Below, piece by piece: positions 15,479 through 26,423 of a stretch of 26,423 bases of DNA. The stretch's first letter is position 1, and each line of letters begins with the position of its first letter. The stretch is taken from the NCBI GenBank assembly GCA_030592245.1, contig JAUVJV010000001.1, positions 1 to 26,423 on the forward strand. Reading direction: 5' to 3'. A program made the position numbers and the translations under genes. The DNA comes from Candidatus Eiseniibacteriota bacterium. Its GTDB lineage: Bacteria; Arandabacterota; Arandabacteria; Arandabacterales; Arandabacteraceae. The notes under the pieces are model-generated. The model was not told the origin of the DNA. It saw only the letters and a list, made by a program, of their open reading frames with translations, and made no database searches.

Positions 15479-16279
15479 ATGCCTGAGGTCTTGAAAGCCG
15501 TGATCATCGGGCTGGTCCAGGCCCTGACCGAGTTCCTGCCCGTGAGTTCCAGCGGGCACATGGTCATCGCCAAGACCTTCCTGGGCGTGGAAGAGGTTGG
15601 GATAACCCTGGAGGTGGTGACCCACCTGGCGACGGCACTCGCCGTCATAGTCTACTTCAGGAAGCGCATCGCCTCGATCCTTGGCGCGGTTGTGAAGGCG
15701 GTTCTTTCCGGTCCCGGGAACCTTGCGGAAAGCCAGGCGGCGGACTTTAAGCTCTTCCTCTTCATTATCCTGGCTTCGGTGCCGGCAGCCTTTGTGGGCC
15801 TGCTCATACGCGATCAGGTGGGCCGCCTCTTCGAGGATGTCACCACCACCGCCATAATGCTGATCTTCACCGGGGCATTCGTCCTTGCCTCAGGGAAGCT
15901 CGCGAAGTCGATCGCATCGATCGGTATCGGGCGGAGCCTCATCATCGGCATCGCCCAGGCCATTGCCATCATTCCCGGACTTTCCCGCTCGGGCCTTACG
16001 GTAGGCTCCGGGCTTCTTTCAGGAGCAAGAAAGGAAGAGACATTCGAGTTTTCGCTTCTGCTGTCGCTTCCGGCGATCCTGGGGGCAGGCGCCATCGACC
16101 TCGTAAGCGGAAGGATGGGGGGGAGTCCCGTCGTCATCCTGGCCGCGGCCATCCCTGCCTTTGCCGGAGGCTACTTCGCCATATCGCTTCTCTTCAGGGC
16201 AATCGTCAGGAACAGGTTCCACCTCTTTGCCTTCTACCTGATTCCCCTCGGCGTCCTGGTTCTCGTTTTCTCGAGGTAG
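15479..16279 (+). CDS. uppP: Undecaprenyl-diphosphate phosphatase (BacA)
   Basis: GLVQALTEFLPVSSSGH and IAQAIAIIPGLSRSG signature motifs; membrane protein. Confidence 0.95.
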   Translation: MPEVLKAVIIGLVQALTEFLPVSSSGHMVIAKTFLGVEEVGITLEVVTHLATALAVIVYFRKRIASILGAVVKAVLSGPGNLAESQAADFKLFLFIILASVPAAFVGLLIRDQVGRLFEDVTTTAIMLIFTGAFVLASGKLAKSIASIGIGRSLIIGIAQAIAIIPGLSRSGLTVGSGLLSGARKEETFEFSLLLSLPAILGAGAIDLVSGRMGGSPVVILAAAIPAFAGGYFAISLLFRAIVRNRFHLFAFYLIPLGVLVLVFSR

Positions 16280-16325
16280 CGTCTCATCTCCCGGCCCCGC
16301 GGTCGCAGGGGTGATTACAATTGGG

Positions 16326-16355
16326 TTGACCGTCAAGGGTTGTGGGGATTATGAT
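16326..16355 (+). promoter_or_regulatory. Putative sigma70 promoter of the TPR-uvrA unit
   Basis: TTGACC (16326-16331) - 18 nt - TATGAT (16350-16355); the -35 lies within a small dyad TTGAC-C-GTCAA. Confidence 0.5.
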
Positions 16356-16409
16356 TAGGCGATTTTCCTTCTGCATTCTCATTGAGAAGTGTATCGAGGT
16401 TCGGTCAAG

Positions 16410-19400
16410 ATGAGATATTCGTATTCTGTATCAGCCGCCTATGTGTTTGCCATCATCTTCGCAATTGCCTCATCGGCGCTTTCCATTACTCCGGCCGGAG
16501 CGCAGCAGGTCTCCGAATACGCCGAGTATCTGAGGAAATCGGATCTTCCCGAGCTCTACCGAACCGAGCTTGAGTCGGTCTGCCTCGAGCGTTGCGACCT
16601 TGATGCTTGCCGTGAGCTGGTGCGCTACCTCAATGGCCTGGATCGCGCCCAGGAGGCGCTTGATCTGGCCGAGGCGATAGAGTGCGAACCCAGGCGCCTT
16701 GGCCAGAGCACCCGCTTCATCAAGGCACAGGCGCACCATCAGGCCGGGCAGTGCGAGGAGGCCATCGCCATCCTGGACGGCCTGATCGAGGAACTTCCGC
16801 CCAAGGACATCCTTGTAGAGTCCATCTTCATGAAGGCGCAGTGCCAGGTGCATGCGGGTGACGTGGATGAGGCGCGCTTCAACCTTAAGTCGATCGAGCC
16901 GCATATCCCCGGGGCCGGCCGGTCGCTGTACCTGATCTACCTTGCCCTCTGCGAGGAAGAGATCGGCAACATCGCCCACGCAAGGGAGCTTTACGAGGAA
17001 GCCAGGAAGGGCCAAAGCGCCCAGGCCACCCTGGGACTTCTGCGATGCAGTCTGAGGGTGGGTGACCTGGAGGAGTTCGGAGATCTCCACGGGGATATCT
17101 CGCGGAGCAGCGCCGAGCTGCTCGGGACGGTCGCATGTGAACATGCTCCGGACCTGGACGTGGTACTTCCCGAGACCTGGCGCATACTGATAGAGCCGGT
17201 GCTGGCTGACACGGAGTTCACCGTCTCGGCCTGTCCCGAGATCAAGACATCGATCGTCCGCATGGCCGAGTGGGGGGAAGACGTTCATGCGTATTGTGAC
17301 GCGCTGCTGCGTCGCCCGGTGGCCCCGGGCGCGGGGCGTGAATTGAGATACGCGCGCGCCATTTCCCTGGCTGATTCTGCAGGTTCCTGCGATACGCTCG
17401 TGGTGCTTGCCAGGCAGGCAGAGACCGCGGCATTCAGGGCCAGGTGCATCGGAGCTTGCATGTCGCTTGCCCTGAGGAAGGAAAGGTTGGGGCTTGTGGC
17501 CGAGATAGCTCCCAGGCTCGCCGGGATGGTGGAGGGCCTGAGGCCGGAGGAACGGTTCGAGGTGGCGCGCATGTTCGTGGAAGCCGGCCAGGAGGCCCGG
17601 GCCCGGGCCAACCTGGAGCTCTTGCTTGAGGATCTCGAGACGGGATATGACCATTCCGCGGTGGCGGCGATCGCGGTGCTCTTGGAGCAGGCCGGTGACG
17701 CCGACCGGGCCGCCTCGCTTTATAGACGAATATCGCAGTCGCCGATGCCTTCAGGCTACAGCCTGGGGGCGGAGCGATCGGCCCGCCTGATAGAGAGCTT
17801 TACGCCCACCGAGCTGGATATCGCGGGAGAGGTCACACGCGTTGTGCAGCAGGGGGCCTCCGATGTCGAAATGGGAGATCTCTTCGTTGACAGGCTCAAG
17901 GACTTCGAGCGGGCGGTGGGCCTTTACAGGAGCGCCCTTGATACCATACAAGCAGGCCCTCTGGCCGATGATGTGAAGGTCAGGCTGGCGGTTCCGCTGG
18001 CGCTGGAGGGAATAAGAACGGGCGACGATGGCCTCCGGGCCGACGCCCTTGAACTTGTGGCCGCGGTCTCCGACACCAACCACGTCGAAGCTGCCAGGTT
18101 GATAGATGCCCTGAAGCTCTCGACCGACTGGCTGGCGGTCGACCGGCAGCGGGCCTTCGAGGTTATTCAGAAGATCAGTATCCGCGAGGATCTCTCCAGC
18201 GGCGACCTGCACGAGCTTTCCCGCATGCTCTTCGATCTGTTCTCCAACCGGGACGGTAATGTCTATGCCCGGTGCATAATGGTACTGAGGAGACTGTCCA
18301 GGGAATATCCTACCTCGCCTGAAGCCCCGCTTGCAGGTGTCCTCCGGGCCCGGATGAAGTTCCTGGCCGGGGATTACGTGGGGGCCCTGGAAGGTTTCCA
18401 GGCGACAAGGCAGGTCTGGCGGAAGCCTCCGGTATCGGAACTCTGTGAGGTGGGAATCGGCGATTGCTATCTCTATTCGGGAGGCATCTCGGAAGCGGCC
18501 GGGCATTATCTCAAGGCCGGAAAACACACGCCGGCTCTTTTGAGTCTGGCCACATGTTATGAACTGGCGGGCGATGCGGATTCGGCGGCGATCTACTACC
18601 GGGAGATGCTCTCGAGACTGCTGTCCGCGTCGCTGTTGAAGGCGGTTAAGCTCAGACTCGGCCTGCTGGCTTCCCCGGCCGACCCAAGGGGTGCTTACTC
18701 CGGCGAACTGGACTCGGCCCACCTGGACTCCGCGTTCCCCGGCATCAGGGATGACCTTGCCGGTGTTGTGAGGATTGTCCGTGCCAGCGATCTTGCCGCT
18801 TCCGGGTACACCGGCCTGGGACTGGACGTGCTGGCCCGGGAGGTCAGGGCCGGGGACAAGGACCTTGCCTGCGATGCCATGCTCCATGCGGGCAAGCTCA
18901 GAAAAGAAGTTGAGCCGGACGGGGTGCTGGAGGTGCTTGAGGCCGGCGAGACCCACTGCGCTGACATTTATGGAGCTTTCAGGCTGCTTCGCGAGAGAGC
19001 GCACTATGCGTGCGTGAGCGGGCCCCCGGGTGAATGCTCGGCCCAGGCCATCAGATTCAAGGAGCGTTTCCCATTGGACGGGGCGGGGAAGAGAGACCTC
19101 GATGCCCGTGCGCTTAATCTTTTGTACCGCGAAGGTCTTGCCGATTCGGCCGCCCGAGAGCTGGACAGTCTGCTGGTTTCTGAGAAGGGGCATTCGGTTC
19201 CGCCGACTGTCATCTACCGGCACGGCATCCAGAAGCTGGTGGACGGCAAGCCCGATGAAGCCGCCCGGGTTTTCCATCTGATCGAAGAAGCTTACCTGGG
19301 GGATGATCCTGAAAGGGATGATCTTTACTATGATACCTGCTTCAAGCTCGGGACCACTTACTACATGCTTGAGGAGTTCGATTCCTCGGCGATGTACTTC

Positions 19401-19931
19401 GAGCTGGCGTCTCATTCAGGCAGTGCGTCCCTGGTCGAGAACGCCCTGTTCAACCGGGGTCTTGCCCTGGAGGAAGGTGAGCGCCTGGATCAAGCCGCAG
19501 GCGCTTTCTGGAAGCACGCCGTGACATTCCCATTCTCTGAGAGATTCGAGCGCTCCCTCATGCGGAGCGCCTATCCCCTCGAGACCGAGGGCCGTCCGGA
19601 GGAGGCGATCAGGATCTATTCCGGTCTTCTCCAGTACGCGGAGACCGTGGACGCCGCCGCCGAGGCCATGTACTGGACGGGCGAGTCCTATGCGGAAATG
19701 GGAGACGAGCTCAGGGCGGCGTGTGAGTTCCTCAGGGTCTCCTACATGTTCCCGGATGGAGGAGCATGGACCGGGACTTCCGCGTTCCGTGCCGGGCTGG
19801 AATGCGAGAAGGCAGGCCTGGAGGATCACGCGAAGAGGATCTACCGGGACAATATTCGACGATTTGGAACGGAGAGCGACTGGGGCAAGGCCTCCGAGGA
19901 AAGGTTGATCGAGATTGAGAAGGAACCCTGA
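16410..19931 (+). CDS. Large exported TPR-repeat protein (~1173 aa)
   Basis: Start reassigned to ATG at 16410 (GAGGT upstream). The N-terminus looks like a Sec signal peptide (MRY...[13 protein letters not shown]...AGA|QQ). Helical and Ala/Leu/Glu-rich throughout, with TPR-like C-terminal repeats (ALFNRGLAL...FPFS; AMYWTGESY...[10 protein letters not shown]). Confidence 0.8.
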   Translation: MRYSYSVSAAYVFAIIFAIASSALSITPAGAQQVSEYAEYLRKSDLPELYRTELESVCLERCDLDACRELVRYLNGLDRAQEALDLAEAIECEPRRLGQSTRFIKAQAHHQAGQCEEAIAILDGLIEELPPKDILVESIFMKAQCQVHAGDVDEARFNLKSIEPHIPGAGRSLYLIYLALCEEEIGNIAHARELYEEARKGQSAQATLGLLRCSLRVGDLEEFGDLHGDISRSSAELLGTVACEHAPDLDVVLPETWRILIEPVLADTEFTVSACPEIKTSIVRMAEWGEDVHAYCDALLRRPVAPGAGRELRYARAISLADSAGSCDTLVVLARQAETAAFRARCIGACMSLALRKERLGLVAEIAPRLAGMVEGLRPEERFEVARMFVEAGQEARARANLELLLEDLETGYDHSAVAAIAVLLEQAGDADRAASLYRRISQSPMPSGYSLGAERSARLIESFTPTELDIAGEVTRVVQQGASDVEMGDLFVDRLKDFERAVGLYRSALDTIQAGPLADDVKVRLAVPLALEGIRTGDDGLRADALELVAAVSDTNHVEAARLIDALKLSTDWLAVDRQRAFEVIQKISIREDLSSGDLHELSRMLFDLFSNRDGNVYARCIMVLRRLSREYPTSPEAPLAGVLRARMKFLAGDYVGALEGFQATRQVWRKPPVSELCEVGIGDCYLYSGGISEAAGHYLKAGKHTPALLSLATCYELAGDADSAAIYYREMLSRLLSASLLKAVKLRLGLLASPADPRGAYSGELDSAHLDSAFPGIRDDLAGVVRIVRASDLAASGYTGLGLDVLAREVRAGDKDLACDAMLHAGKLRKEVEPDGVLEVLEAGETHCADIYGAFRLLRERAHYACVSGPPGECSAQAIRFKERFPLDGAGKRDLDARALNLLYREGLADSAARELDSLLVSEKGHSVPPTVIYRHGIQKLVDGKPDEAARVFHLIEEAYLGDDPERDDLYYDTCFKLGTTYYMLEEFDSSAMYFELASHSGSASLVENALFNRGLALEEGERLDQAAGAFWKHAVTFPFSERFERSLMRSAYPLETEGRPEEAIRIYSGLLQYAETVDAAAEAMYWTGESYAEMGDELRAACEFLRVSYMFPDGGAWTGTSAFRAGLECEKAGLEDHAKRIYRDNIRRFGTESDWGKASEERLIEIEKEP

Positions 19932-22789
19932 TGCCCAAGGATTATATAGTTGTCAAGGGTGCGAGAGAGCACAACCTCAAGAGCATAGATGTCAGAATTC
20001 CGCGTGACAAGATCACGGTAATAACCGGCCTCAGCGGATCAGGCAAGTCCTCGCTGGCTTTCGATACTATCTACGCCGAGGGCCAGAGAAGGTATGTCGA
20101 ATCGCTTTCCACCTATGCGCGCCAGTTCCTCGGGCAAATGGAGAAACCCGACGTCGATTATATCGAGGGGCTCTCCCCTGCGATAAGCATCGAGCAGCGC
20201 ACCGCGGGCACCAACCCGCGCTCCACTGTCGGTACCATTACCGAGATCTACGATTACCTGAGACTTCTCTTCGCACGCGTTGGCATCCCTCACTGCTTCG
20301 AGTGCGGCAAGCCCATAGCCAGGCAGACCGCGGAGCAGATGGTGGACCGCATCCTCGAGGCGGGGGAGGGCGCTTCAGTTCAGATAATGGCTCCGCTGAT
20401 CCGGGGACGAAAAGGCGAGCACAAGGCCCTGATAGCCAGGGCGAGGAAAGAGGGTTTCGTCAGGGCAAGGATCGACGGCCGGATCCACGATCTCGATAGA
20501 AGAGTCAAACTGGACAAGAACAAGAAGCATACGATCGAGATCATAGTCGACAGGCTGAAGATCGTGGGTGACGTGAGGTGGAGGCTGGCCGATTCGGTTG
20601 AGACGGCCCTGAAGCACGGACACGGTGTGGTGGTGGTCAAGCTGGGAGGCAACGAGGACCTGGTCTTGAGCCAGCTCTTCGCGTGCGTGGACTGCGGTGT
20701 CAGCTTTCCCGAGGTTTCCCCGCGGATGTTTTCGTTCAACAGTCCCTACGGGGCCTGTCCCGACTGTGATGGCCTGGGGCGGAAGCTCGAAGTGGATCCC
20801 TCGCTGGTGGTGCCGGATGAGAGATTGAGCCTCGAGGAGGGCGCGGTCCTGCCGTGGGGCAAGAAGCGCAGCATGGTCACCTGGGCCATGATCCAGTCGG
20901 TGGTCGGCCGCTACCGCATTCCGACAAAGAAGGCGTGGGGGAAGCTTAAGAAAGCGCACCGGAAGGTGCTGCTCCATGGGACCGGCGATGAAGAGATCCT
21001 CTTTAAGATCAACTCGGGCCGCGGGAGATCCTCGGAATACCTTTCGCCCTTCGAGGGAGTGATACCAAACCTCGAGCGCCGGTTCACCGAAACCGACTCC
21101 GATGACATCCGCTCCTGGATCGGGCAGTTCATGGCGATGCGGCCCTGTCCCTCGTGTAATGGCAGCAGGCTGCGTCCCGAGAGCCTGGCCGTCAAGATCG
21201 CCGACCGTTCGGTAAGCGAGGTCACGGCTTCCTCGGTTGGCGAGAGCATCGGGTTCTTCGCGGGTCTCAAGTTCACGGGCACATCGGCAAGGATCGCCAC
21301 GCCCATAGTGAAAGAGATCAAGGACCGGCTGCGCTTCATGGCCGACGTGGGACTTTCGTATCTTACGCTCGAACGCACGGCATCGACCCTCGCCGGAGGA
21401 GAGCTCCAGCGGATACGGCTCGCTACCCAGATAGGATCAAGCCTGGTGGGGGTGCTGTATGTTCTGGATGAGCCCAGCATCGGACTTCACATGCGCGATA
21501 ACCGCCGGCTGCTGGATACGCTCGAGCGGCTGCGGGACCAGGGCAATACCGTGATCGTGGTCGAGCACGACCGCGAGACCATCCTGACTGCCGACCATGT
21601 CGTGGACCTGGGCCCGGGTGCGGGCAAGGATGGCGGGCGCGTGGTGGCAGCCGGTTCCCCGTCGGACATAAAGAAGGAACGGGCCTCCCTCACCGGGAGG
21701 TACCTGTCCGGGGACAAGTGGATTGCCACGCCGGAGGCCAGGCGAGCCGGAAGCGGCGAAAGCCTGCTGGTCAAGGGCGCGCGTCAGTATAACTTAAAGG
21801 GCCTGGATGTGAGGTTCCCGCTCGGCACGTTGACCTGCGTGACGGGCGTTTCGGGTTCGGGAAAGAGCACGCTCGTAAATGAGATCCTCTACCGGGCGCT
21901 GGCCAGGCACTTCTACAGGGCGAAGGATGAGCCCGGCGAACATGATGGGATAGAAGGAATCGATGAGATCGACAAGGTGATCGACATCGACCAGTCGCCA
22001 ATCGGAAGGACGCCCCGCTCGAACCCGGCTACCTATACCGGGCTTTTCACTCCGATAAGGGATGTCTTCGCGCAGATTCCCGAGGCGAGGATGAGAGGCT
22101 ACCGGCCGGGCAGGTTCAGTTTCAACGTCAAGGGTGGCCGGTGTGAAGCCTGCCGGGGTGACGGCGTGACCAAGATCGAGATGCATTTCCTGCCCGACGT
22201 CTATGTCAGGTGTGATGTCTGCAAGGGCCGCCGCTATGAGCGCGAGACCCTGGAGATCAAGTACCGGGGACGGGACATCGCCGAGGTCCTCGAGATGACC
22301 GTGGCCGAGGCGAGGGACTTTTTCCGGAACATACCGCCCATAAAGCGGAAGCTGGACACGCTCTACGATGTGGGGCTGGGTTATATCGAGCTTGGCCAGC
22401 CGGCAACGACCCTTTCCGGGGGAGAGGCCCAGCGCGTGAAACTGGCCAGGGAGCTCTCCAAGATCGGCACGGGCAGCACCCTCTATATCCTGGACGAGCC
22501 CACCACGGGCCTCCACTTTGAAGACACGCTCATGCTGCTCGGGGTCTTGAACAGGCTTGTGGACAAGGGAAACACCGTGATCGTGATAGAGCACAATCCC
22601 GATTGCGTAAAGGTTGCTGATCATATCATAGACCTGGGTCCCGAGGGGGGTGACGGGGGAGGCAGGATCGTGGCCGAGGGTACGCCCGAGGCGGTCGCCG
22701 CCTGCAAGCAATCGTATACGGGTGAAGTGCTCCGGCAGATCTTCGATGAAGAGGCCGGGAGGAGGCGCACGCGGAAAGCGGCCCGGTAG
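19931..22789 (+). CDS. uvrA: Excinuclease ABC subunit A (UvrA)
   Basis: Two ABC ATPase modules ([31 protein letters not shown]), CxxC zinc fingers, [11 protein letters not shown]; TGATG overlap with the upstream gene. Confidence 0.99.
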   Translation: MPKDYIVVKGAREHNLKSIDVRIPRDKITVITGLSGSGKSSLAFDTIYAEGQRRYVESLSTYARQFLGQMEKPDVDYIEGLSPAISIEQRTAGTNPRSTVGTITEIYDYLRLLFARVGIPHCFECGKPIARQTAEQMVDRILEAGEGASVQIMAPLIRGRKGEHKALIARARKEGFVRARIDGRIHDLDRRVKLDKNKKHTIEIIVDRLKIVGDVRWRLADSVETALKHGHGVVVVKLGGNEDLVLSQLFACVDCGVSFPEVSPRMFSFNSPYGACPDCDGLGRKLEVDPSLVVPDERLSLEEGAVLPWGKKRSMVTWAMIQSVVGRYRIPTKKAWGKLKKAHRKVLLHGTGDEEILFKINSGRGRSSEYLSPFEGVIPNLERRFTETDSDDIRSWIGQFMAMRPCPSCNGSRLRPESLAVKIADRSVSEVTASSVGESIGFFAGLKFTGTSARIATPIVKEIKDRLRFMADVGLSYLTLERTASTLAGGELQRIRLATQIGSSLVGVLYVLDEPSIGLHMRDNRRLLDTLERLRDQGNTVIVVEHDRETILTADHVVDLGPGAGKDGGRVVAAGSPSDIKKERASLTGRYLSGDKWIATPEARRAGSGESLLVKGARQYNLKGLDVRFPLGTLTCVTGVSGSGKSTLVNEILYRALARHFYRAKDEPGEHDGIEGIDEIDKVIDIDQSPIGRTPRSNPATYTGLFTPIRDVFAQIPEARMRGYRPGRFSFNVKGGRCEACRGDGVTKIEMHFLPDVYVRCDVCKGRRYERETLEIKYRGRDIAEVLEMTVAEARDFFRNIPPIKRKLDTLYDVGLGYIELGQPATTLSGGEAQRVKLARELSKIGTGSTLYILDEPTTGLHFEDTLMLLGVLNRLVDKGNTVIVIEHNPDCVKVADHIIDLGPEGGDGGGRIVAEGTPEAVAACKQSYTGEVLRQIFDEEAGRRRTRKAAR

Positions 22790-22817
22790 CATCCGGTAGG
22801 GAAGATCTTTTCACTTC

Positions 22818-22846
22818 TTGCGCAAAAGTCTCAAGCAGAGTAATCT
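22818..22846 (+). promoter_or_regulatory. Putative sigma70 promoter of the gcv operon
   Basis: TTGCGC (22818-22823) - 17 nt - TAATCT (22841-22846). Confidence 0.55.
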
Positions 22847-22866
22847 AACATGTTCCGGGAGGAGAT

Positions 22867-23955
22867 TTGGAACTTAAGAAAACACCGTTTCATGACAGGC
22901 TCGTTGAACTCGGCGGGCGCATGGTCGCCTTCGCCGGTTTCCACATGCCGATGCAGTTTGCCGGCATCGTCGAGGAACACCTGGCCGTCCGCACCGATGC
23001 GGGCATCTTCGACGTATCCCACATGGGAGAGATATCCATCTCCGGTGACGGGGCCGCCGACTATGTGAACAAACTCACGACCAACGATGTGGCGGCGCTC
23101 GATCTCATGCAGGTCCAGTACACGGCGATGCTGAATGATGAGGGCGGAGTGATCGATGACCTCCTTGTCTATAGACGCAAGTTTGATTACCTGCTCGTGG
23201 TCAATGCCGTGAACGTCGAGCGGGACTTCGGCTGGATGAGTGAGCGGGCGCCCGAAGGCGTCAAGGTGAGAAACCTGAGTGATGAGACCGCCCAGGTTGC
23301 CGTTCAGGGCCCCGGGGCCGTGGAAATGGTGGCCGCGGTCTGCGACGATGACGTCTCCGGGCTGGGATCTTTCCGTTCCATGGGGGCAACGATCGCCGGG
23401 GTCCAGTGTCTGGTATCCCGCACCGGGTATACGGGTGAGGATGGCCTCGAGATCTATACCGGCTCGGACAAAGCCGGAGCTGTCTGGGACGCCATAATGA
23501 AGGCCGGATCCAGGCCCGTTCCCATAGGACTGGGCGCCAGGGACAGCCTGAGACTCGAGGCGGCATTCCGGCTTCACGGCAGTGACATGGACGAGACCAC
23601 CAGCCCGCTCGAGGCCGGCCTGGGATGGATCGTGAAACTGGACAACGGGGACTTCTTCGGTAAGGAGGTTCTCCTCCGGCAGAAGGCCGAGGGGGTCAAG
23701 AAGAGGCTGATCGGCCTCCTCTCGGAAGCGAAGCGTTTTCCGCGGCCCGGTTACGGCGTGTGGTCGGGTGACAGGGAAGTGGGCCGGGTGACAAGCGGGG
23801 GTTTTGCTCCCTCGCTTAAATGCGGCATCGCGCTTGCGTACGTGGAAGCGGACTATGCGAAGCGGAGCACCGAATTCCAGATTGATTTGAGAGGACAGAG
23901 AACAGACGCGAAATATGTCAGAGGACCGTTCTACAAGAGACCGGAGCCGGAATAA
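22867..23955 (+). CDS. gcvT: Glycine cleavage system aminomethyltransferase T
   Basis: TTG start with GGAGG SD; KKTPFH, FDVSHMGE, SRTGYTGEDG, GLGARDSLRLEA motifs. Confidence 0.97.
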   Translation: MELKKTPFHDRLVELGGRMVAFAGFHMPMQFAGIVEEHLAVRTDAGIFDVSHMGEISISGDGAADYVNKLTTNDVAALDLMQVQYTAMLNDEGGVIDDLLVYRRKFDYLLVVNAVNVERDFGWMSERAPEGVKVRNLSDETAQVAVQGPGAVEMVAAVCDDDVSGLGSFRSMGATIAGVQCLVSRTGYTGEDGLEIYTGSDKAGAVWDAIMKAGSRPVPIGLGARDSLRLEAAFRLHGSDMDETTSPLEAGLGWIVKLDNGDFFGKEVLLRQKAEGVKKRLIGLLSEAKRFPRPGYGVWSGDREVGRVTSGGFAPSLKCGIALAYVEADYAKRSTEFQIDLRGQRTDAKYVRGPFYKRPEPE

Positions 23956-23971
23956 GAGAGGAGACTAGGAC

Positions 23972-24349
23972 ATGACTCCTGACGATCTGCTCTATAGCGA
24001 GAAACACGAGTGGGTCAAGGTTGATGGTGACATCGCCACGGTAGGCATTACCGATTACGCCCAGAACCAGTTGGGCGACATCGTCTATGTTGAACTGTCG
24101 CCCGCAGGCACCAAGGTCACGCAGATGAGCCCCATGGGCACCATCGAAGCCGTCAAGGCGGTGAGCGACATGCATGCCCCGGTCACCGGTGAAATCGTCG
24201 AGGTGAACGACGCCGTCGGTGCCGATCCTTCAGTCATCAAGTCCTCGCCTTACGGTGACGGCTGGATGGTGAAGATAAAGATGGAGGATCCAGGCCAACT
24301 GGATTCCCTGCTTAAGCCGGAGAAGTACCGCGAGCTCACCGGGGAGTGA
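23972..24349 (+). CDS. gcvH: Glycine cleavage system H protein
   Basis: YSEKHEWV, GITDYAQNQLGDIVYVEL, lipoyl-lysine motif IEAVKAVSD, PYGDGW. Confidence 0.97.
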   Translation: MTPDDLLYSEKHEWVKVDGDIATVGITDYAQNQLGDIVYVELSPAGTKVTQMSPMGTIEAVKAVSDMHAPVTGEIVEVNDAVGADPSVIKSSPYGDGWMVKIKMEDPGQLDSLLKPEKYRELTGE

Positions 24350-24391
24350 TACCGGTGGAATAGGAATTTACACCAGAGCCGGAGAGTAAAT

Positions 24392-25747
24392 GTGAGAGGT
24401 TTCATTCCTGGCGCCGACCGGGAGAAGCAGCAGATGCTGGACGCCATTGGCGTCGAGTCATTTGAAGACCTGCTTGCCGACATACCGGAAGACCTGAGAT
24501 TGCAGGGCAGCCTCGAGTTGCCTCCGCCCGTGTCCGAGATGGAGGCCAGGAAGTTGCTCGGCGATATGGCGGCAAGAAACTCCTCTGCAGCGGAGTGGAC
24601 CTGTTTCCTGGGCGCCGGTGCATACGATCATTTCATACCCAGCGTGGTCGATCACATCACCTCGCGTTCGGAATTCTCTACGGCTTATACGCCTTACCAG
24701 CCCGAGGTGAGCCAGGGCACGCTCCAGTCGATTTTCGAATTCCAGTCCCTCATTGCAAGGTTGACCGGCATGGAGGTTGCCAACGCATCGCTCTATGACG
24801 GAGGAAGCGCGATCGCGGAAGCCGCGTTGATGGCCAATGCGGTGAACCGGAGAAATCAGATCGTGGTAAGCGGCTGCGTGAATCCCTTCCGGCTGGAGGT
24901 TCTGCGATCATACCTGAGGGCGACGGCCTTTGAGATCAAGGTCACCGATCCGGGAAAGGGGGTCACCGACCCTTCACAGATCGCGGCCCTTGTTGGCCCG
25001 GACACGTGCTGCGTGGTTCTTGAAAACCCCAACTTCTTCGGGATTGTGGAGGATGGAGCTGCCGTGGGCTCGGCGGCACACGAGCACGGCGCGCTCTTCA
25101 TTGCTTCCGTTGACCCGATCTCCCTTGGACTTCTTGCCGCCCCGTCAGCTTACGGGGCGGATATCGTCGTGGGAGAGGGGCAGGCCCTGGGCACGCCCCT
25201 AAGCTATGGTGGACCCTATCTTGGTTTCATGGCGAGTCGCAGGGAGCACCTGAGACGCCTGCCGGGGAGAATTGTGGGGAGGACGGTGGACGCGGACGGA
25301 AAAACCTGCTATTGCCTTACCCTTCAGACGCGGGAACAGCACATCCGCCGTGAGAGAGCCACCTCCAATATCTGCACCAACCAGGCCTTGATAGCCCTGC
25401 GCGCCGCCGTGTATCTCGCGTGGCTCGGGAAACAGGGGCTCGTGGAGTTGGCCGGGTTGTGCCTGTCGAAGGCGGTCTATGCCAGGGAGAAGCTCACCGA
25501 GAGCGGTTTCAATCTCCGTTTCAACCGGCCCTTCTTCAGGGAATTCGTTGTTGAGGTCCCCGGCTCTGCTGCCCGGATGGTCGACAGGCTCGCCGATTCG
25601 AAGATCCTGGGCGGCTTACCCCTTGGAGATTTATATCCCGGTTTCGAAAACTCGGTGCTCCTTGCCTTCACCGAGAAGCGGACCCGGGAAGAGATAGACA
25701 ATCTGGTGACTGTGATGAAACAGATAGACGAGGAGGCGAAAGATTAG
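24392..25747 (+). CDS. gcvPA: Glycine dehydrogenase subunit 1
   Basis: FLGAGAYDH, TAYTPYQPEVSQGTLQ, NASLYDG, GGPYLGF, REQHIRRERATSNICTNQ motifs. Confidence 0.97.
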   Translation: MRGFIPGADREKQQMLDAIGVESFEDLLADIPEDLRLQGSLELPPPVSEMEARKLLGDMAARNSSAAEWTCFLGAGAYDHFIPSVVDHITSRSEFSTAYTPYQPEVSQGTLQSIFEFQSLIARLTGMEVANASLYDGGSAIAEAALMANAVNRRNQIVVSGCVNPFRLEVLRSYLRATAFEIKVTDPGKGVTDPSQIAALVGPDTCCVVLENPNFFGIVEDGAAVGSAAHEHGALFIASVDPISLGLLAAPSAYGADIVVGEGQALGTPLSYGGPYLGFMASRREHLRRLPGRIVGRTVDADGKTCYCLTLQTREQHIRRERATSNICTNQALIALRAAVYLAWLGKQGLVELAGLCLSKAVYAREKLTESGFNLRFNRPFFREFVVEVPGSAARMVDRLADSKILGGLPLGDLYPGFENSVLLAFTEKRTREEIDNLVTVMKQIDEEAKD

Positions 25748-25749
25748 CG

Positions 25750-26423
25750 GTGGCTGAGTACGGTACCATATTCGAGGCCGGCGGTCCGGGGCGAAGAGCT
25801 TACTCGCTTCCGGAGTGCGACGTGCCTGAGGTCAATCCCGAGTCGGTTCTGCCGCCGGAGTCCTTGAGAGGGAAACCTGCGGAACTTCCGGAGGTCTCGG
25901 AGCCTACGCTGGTTAGACACTTCATCAACCTCTCCGTACTCAATCATCATATTGACAGGGACTTCTACCCGCTTGGATCATGCACCATGAAATATAACCC
26001 CAAGGCTTCCGAGGCGGTCGCAGGCCTGGAGGGTTTTGCCGGACTTCACCCGCTGGTCCCGGAGGCGCTCTCGCAGGGGGCGCTCGGCCTGATCCATGAG
26101 CTCGGGCGCGCGCTCTGTGAGGTGACCGGCATGGATGATATCACCATGGTACCCGCCGCCGGCGCGCACGGGGAGTTTGCCGGCATGCTGATGGTGCGTG
26201 CTTATCACGAAGACCGGGGCATACCCCGGAGCAAGGTCCTGATCCCCGACTCGGCCCACGGAACCAACCCGGCGAGCGTGAAAGTCGCCGGATATGATGC
26301 GGTCGAGGTGAAGTCGGGAAGCGACGGACGGATAGACCCCGATGATGTCAGGGCCCACCTCGATGAAGAGGTTGCGGCGATCATGATCACGAACCCCAAT
26401 ACGCTGGGCCTCTTTGAAACCCA
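25750..26423 (+). CDS. gcvPB: Glycine dehydrogenase subunit 2, 3'-partial (absent from the ORF track because it runs off the window)
   Basis: Manual translation from GTG at 25750: MAEYGTIFE...LPEVSEPTLVRHF...FYPLGSCTMKYNPK...PAAGAHGE...DSAHGTNPAS...MITNPNTLGLFE. Confidence 0.96.
   Translation, partial: MAEYGTIFEAGGPGRRAYSLPECDVPEVNPESVLPPESLRGKPAELPEVSEPTLVRHFINLSVLNHHIDRDFYPLGSCTMKYNPKASEAVAGLEGFAGLHPLVPEALSQGALGLIHELGRALCEVTGMDDITMVPAAGAHGEFAGMLMVRAYHEDRGIPRSKVLIPDSAHGTNPASVKVAGYDAVEVKSGSDGRIDPDDVRAHLDEEVAAIMITNPNTLGLFET

Noticed and set aside
16295-16311. GC hairpin after uppP as a terminator
   Set aside because: The stem is short and bulged with a very tight loop and no U-tract.
17751-19415. 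554-aa and 394-aa (16470-17654) antisense ORFs under the large TPR gene, and similar shadow ORFs under uvrB, nadC, coaX, the transposase and uvrA
   Set aside because: They lie opposite well-supported genes, have no recognisable motifs, and are expected from GC-rich codon bias.
1-22789. uvrB and uvrA within about 18 kb as a repair island
   Set aside because: They are in separate transcription units divided by unrelated genes, and uvrC is absent; ordinary chromosomal proximity is enough to explain it.
22790-22866. Possible glycine riboswitch upstream of gcvT
   Set aside because: The gap is only 77 bp and is mostly taken up by a sigma70-like promoter and SD; no aptamer motif was seen.

Overview
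Mostly housekeeping chromosomal DNA from a GC-rich bacterium; the taxon cannot be assigned from sequence alone. In order it carries: uvrB (5'-partial)-nadC-birA-coaX; a perfect 72-bp palindrome; a CIRCE-controlled groEL with no groES; an intact-looking IS1380-family element inserted at the groEL stop codon with a 6-bp target duplication; a minus-strand operon of acyltransferase (PatA/LpxL-like), GT4 glycosyltransferase (PimA-like) and MFS transporter; a divergent 137-aa unknown protein with an internal duplication; an MglA-type small GTPase with no adjacent mglB, a 148-aa C-terminal extension and a near-consensus sigma54 promoter; an all-TPR protein; a DGGGPS-like UbiA prenyltransferase; uppP; a ~1170-aa exported TPR protein coupled to uvrA; and gcvT-gcvH-gcvPA-gcvPB (3'-partial). 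No rRNA, tRNA or CRISPR array was recognised. The best candidate for an undescribed system is the block at 11760-14600 (unknown duplicated-domain protein, sigma54-driven extended MglA, TPR protein). The spacer-less palindrome and the pgsA-less acyltransferase/glycosyltransferase/MFS operon come next. All product calls rest on motif recognition by eye; no database searches were run.
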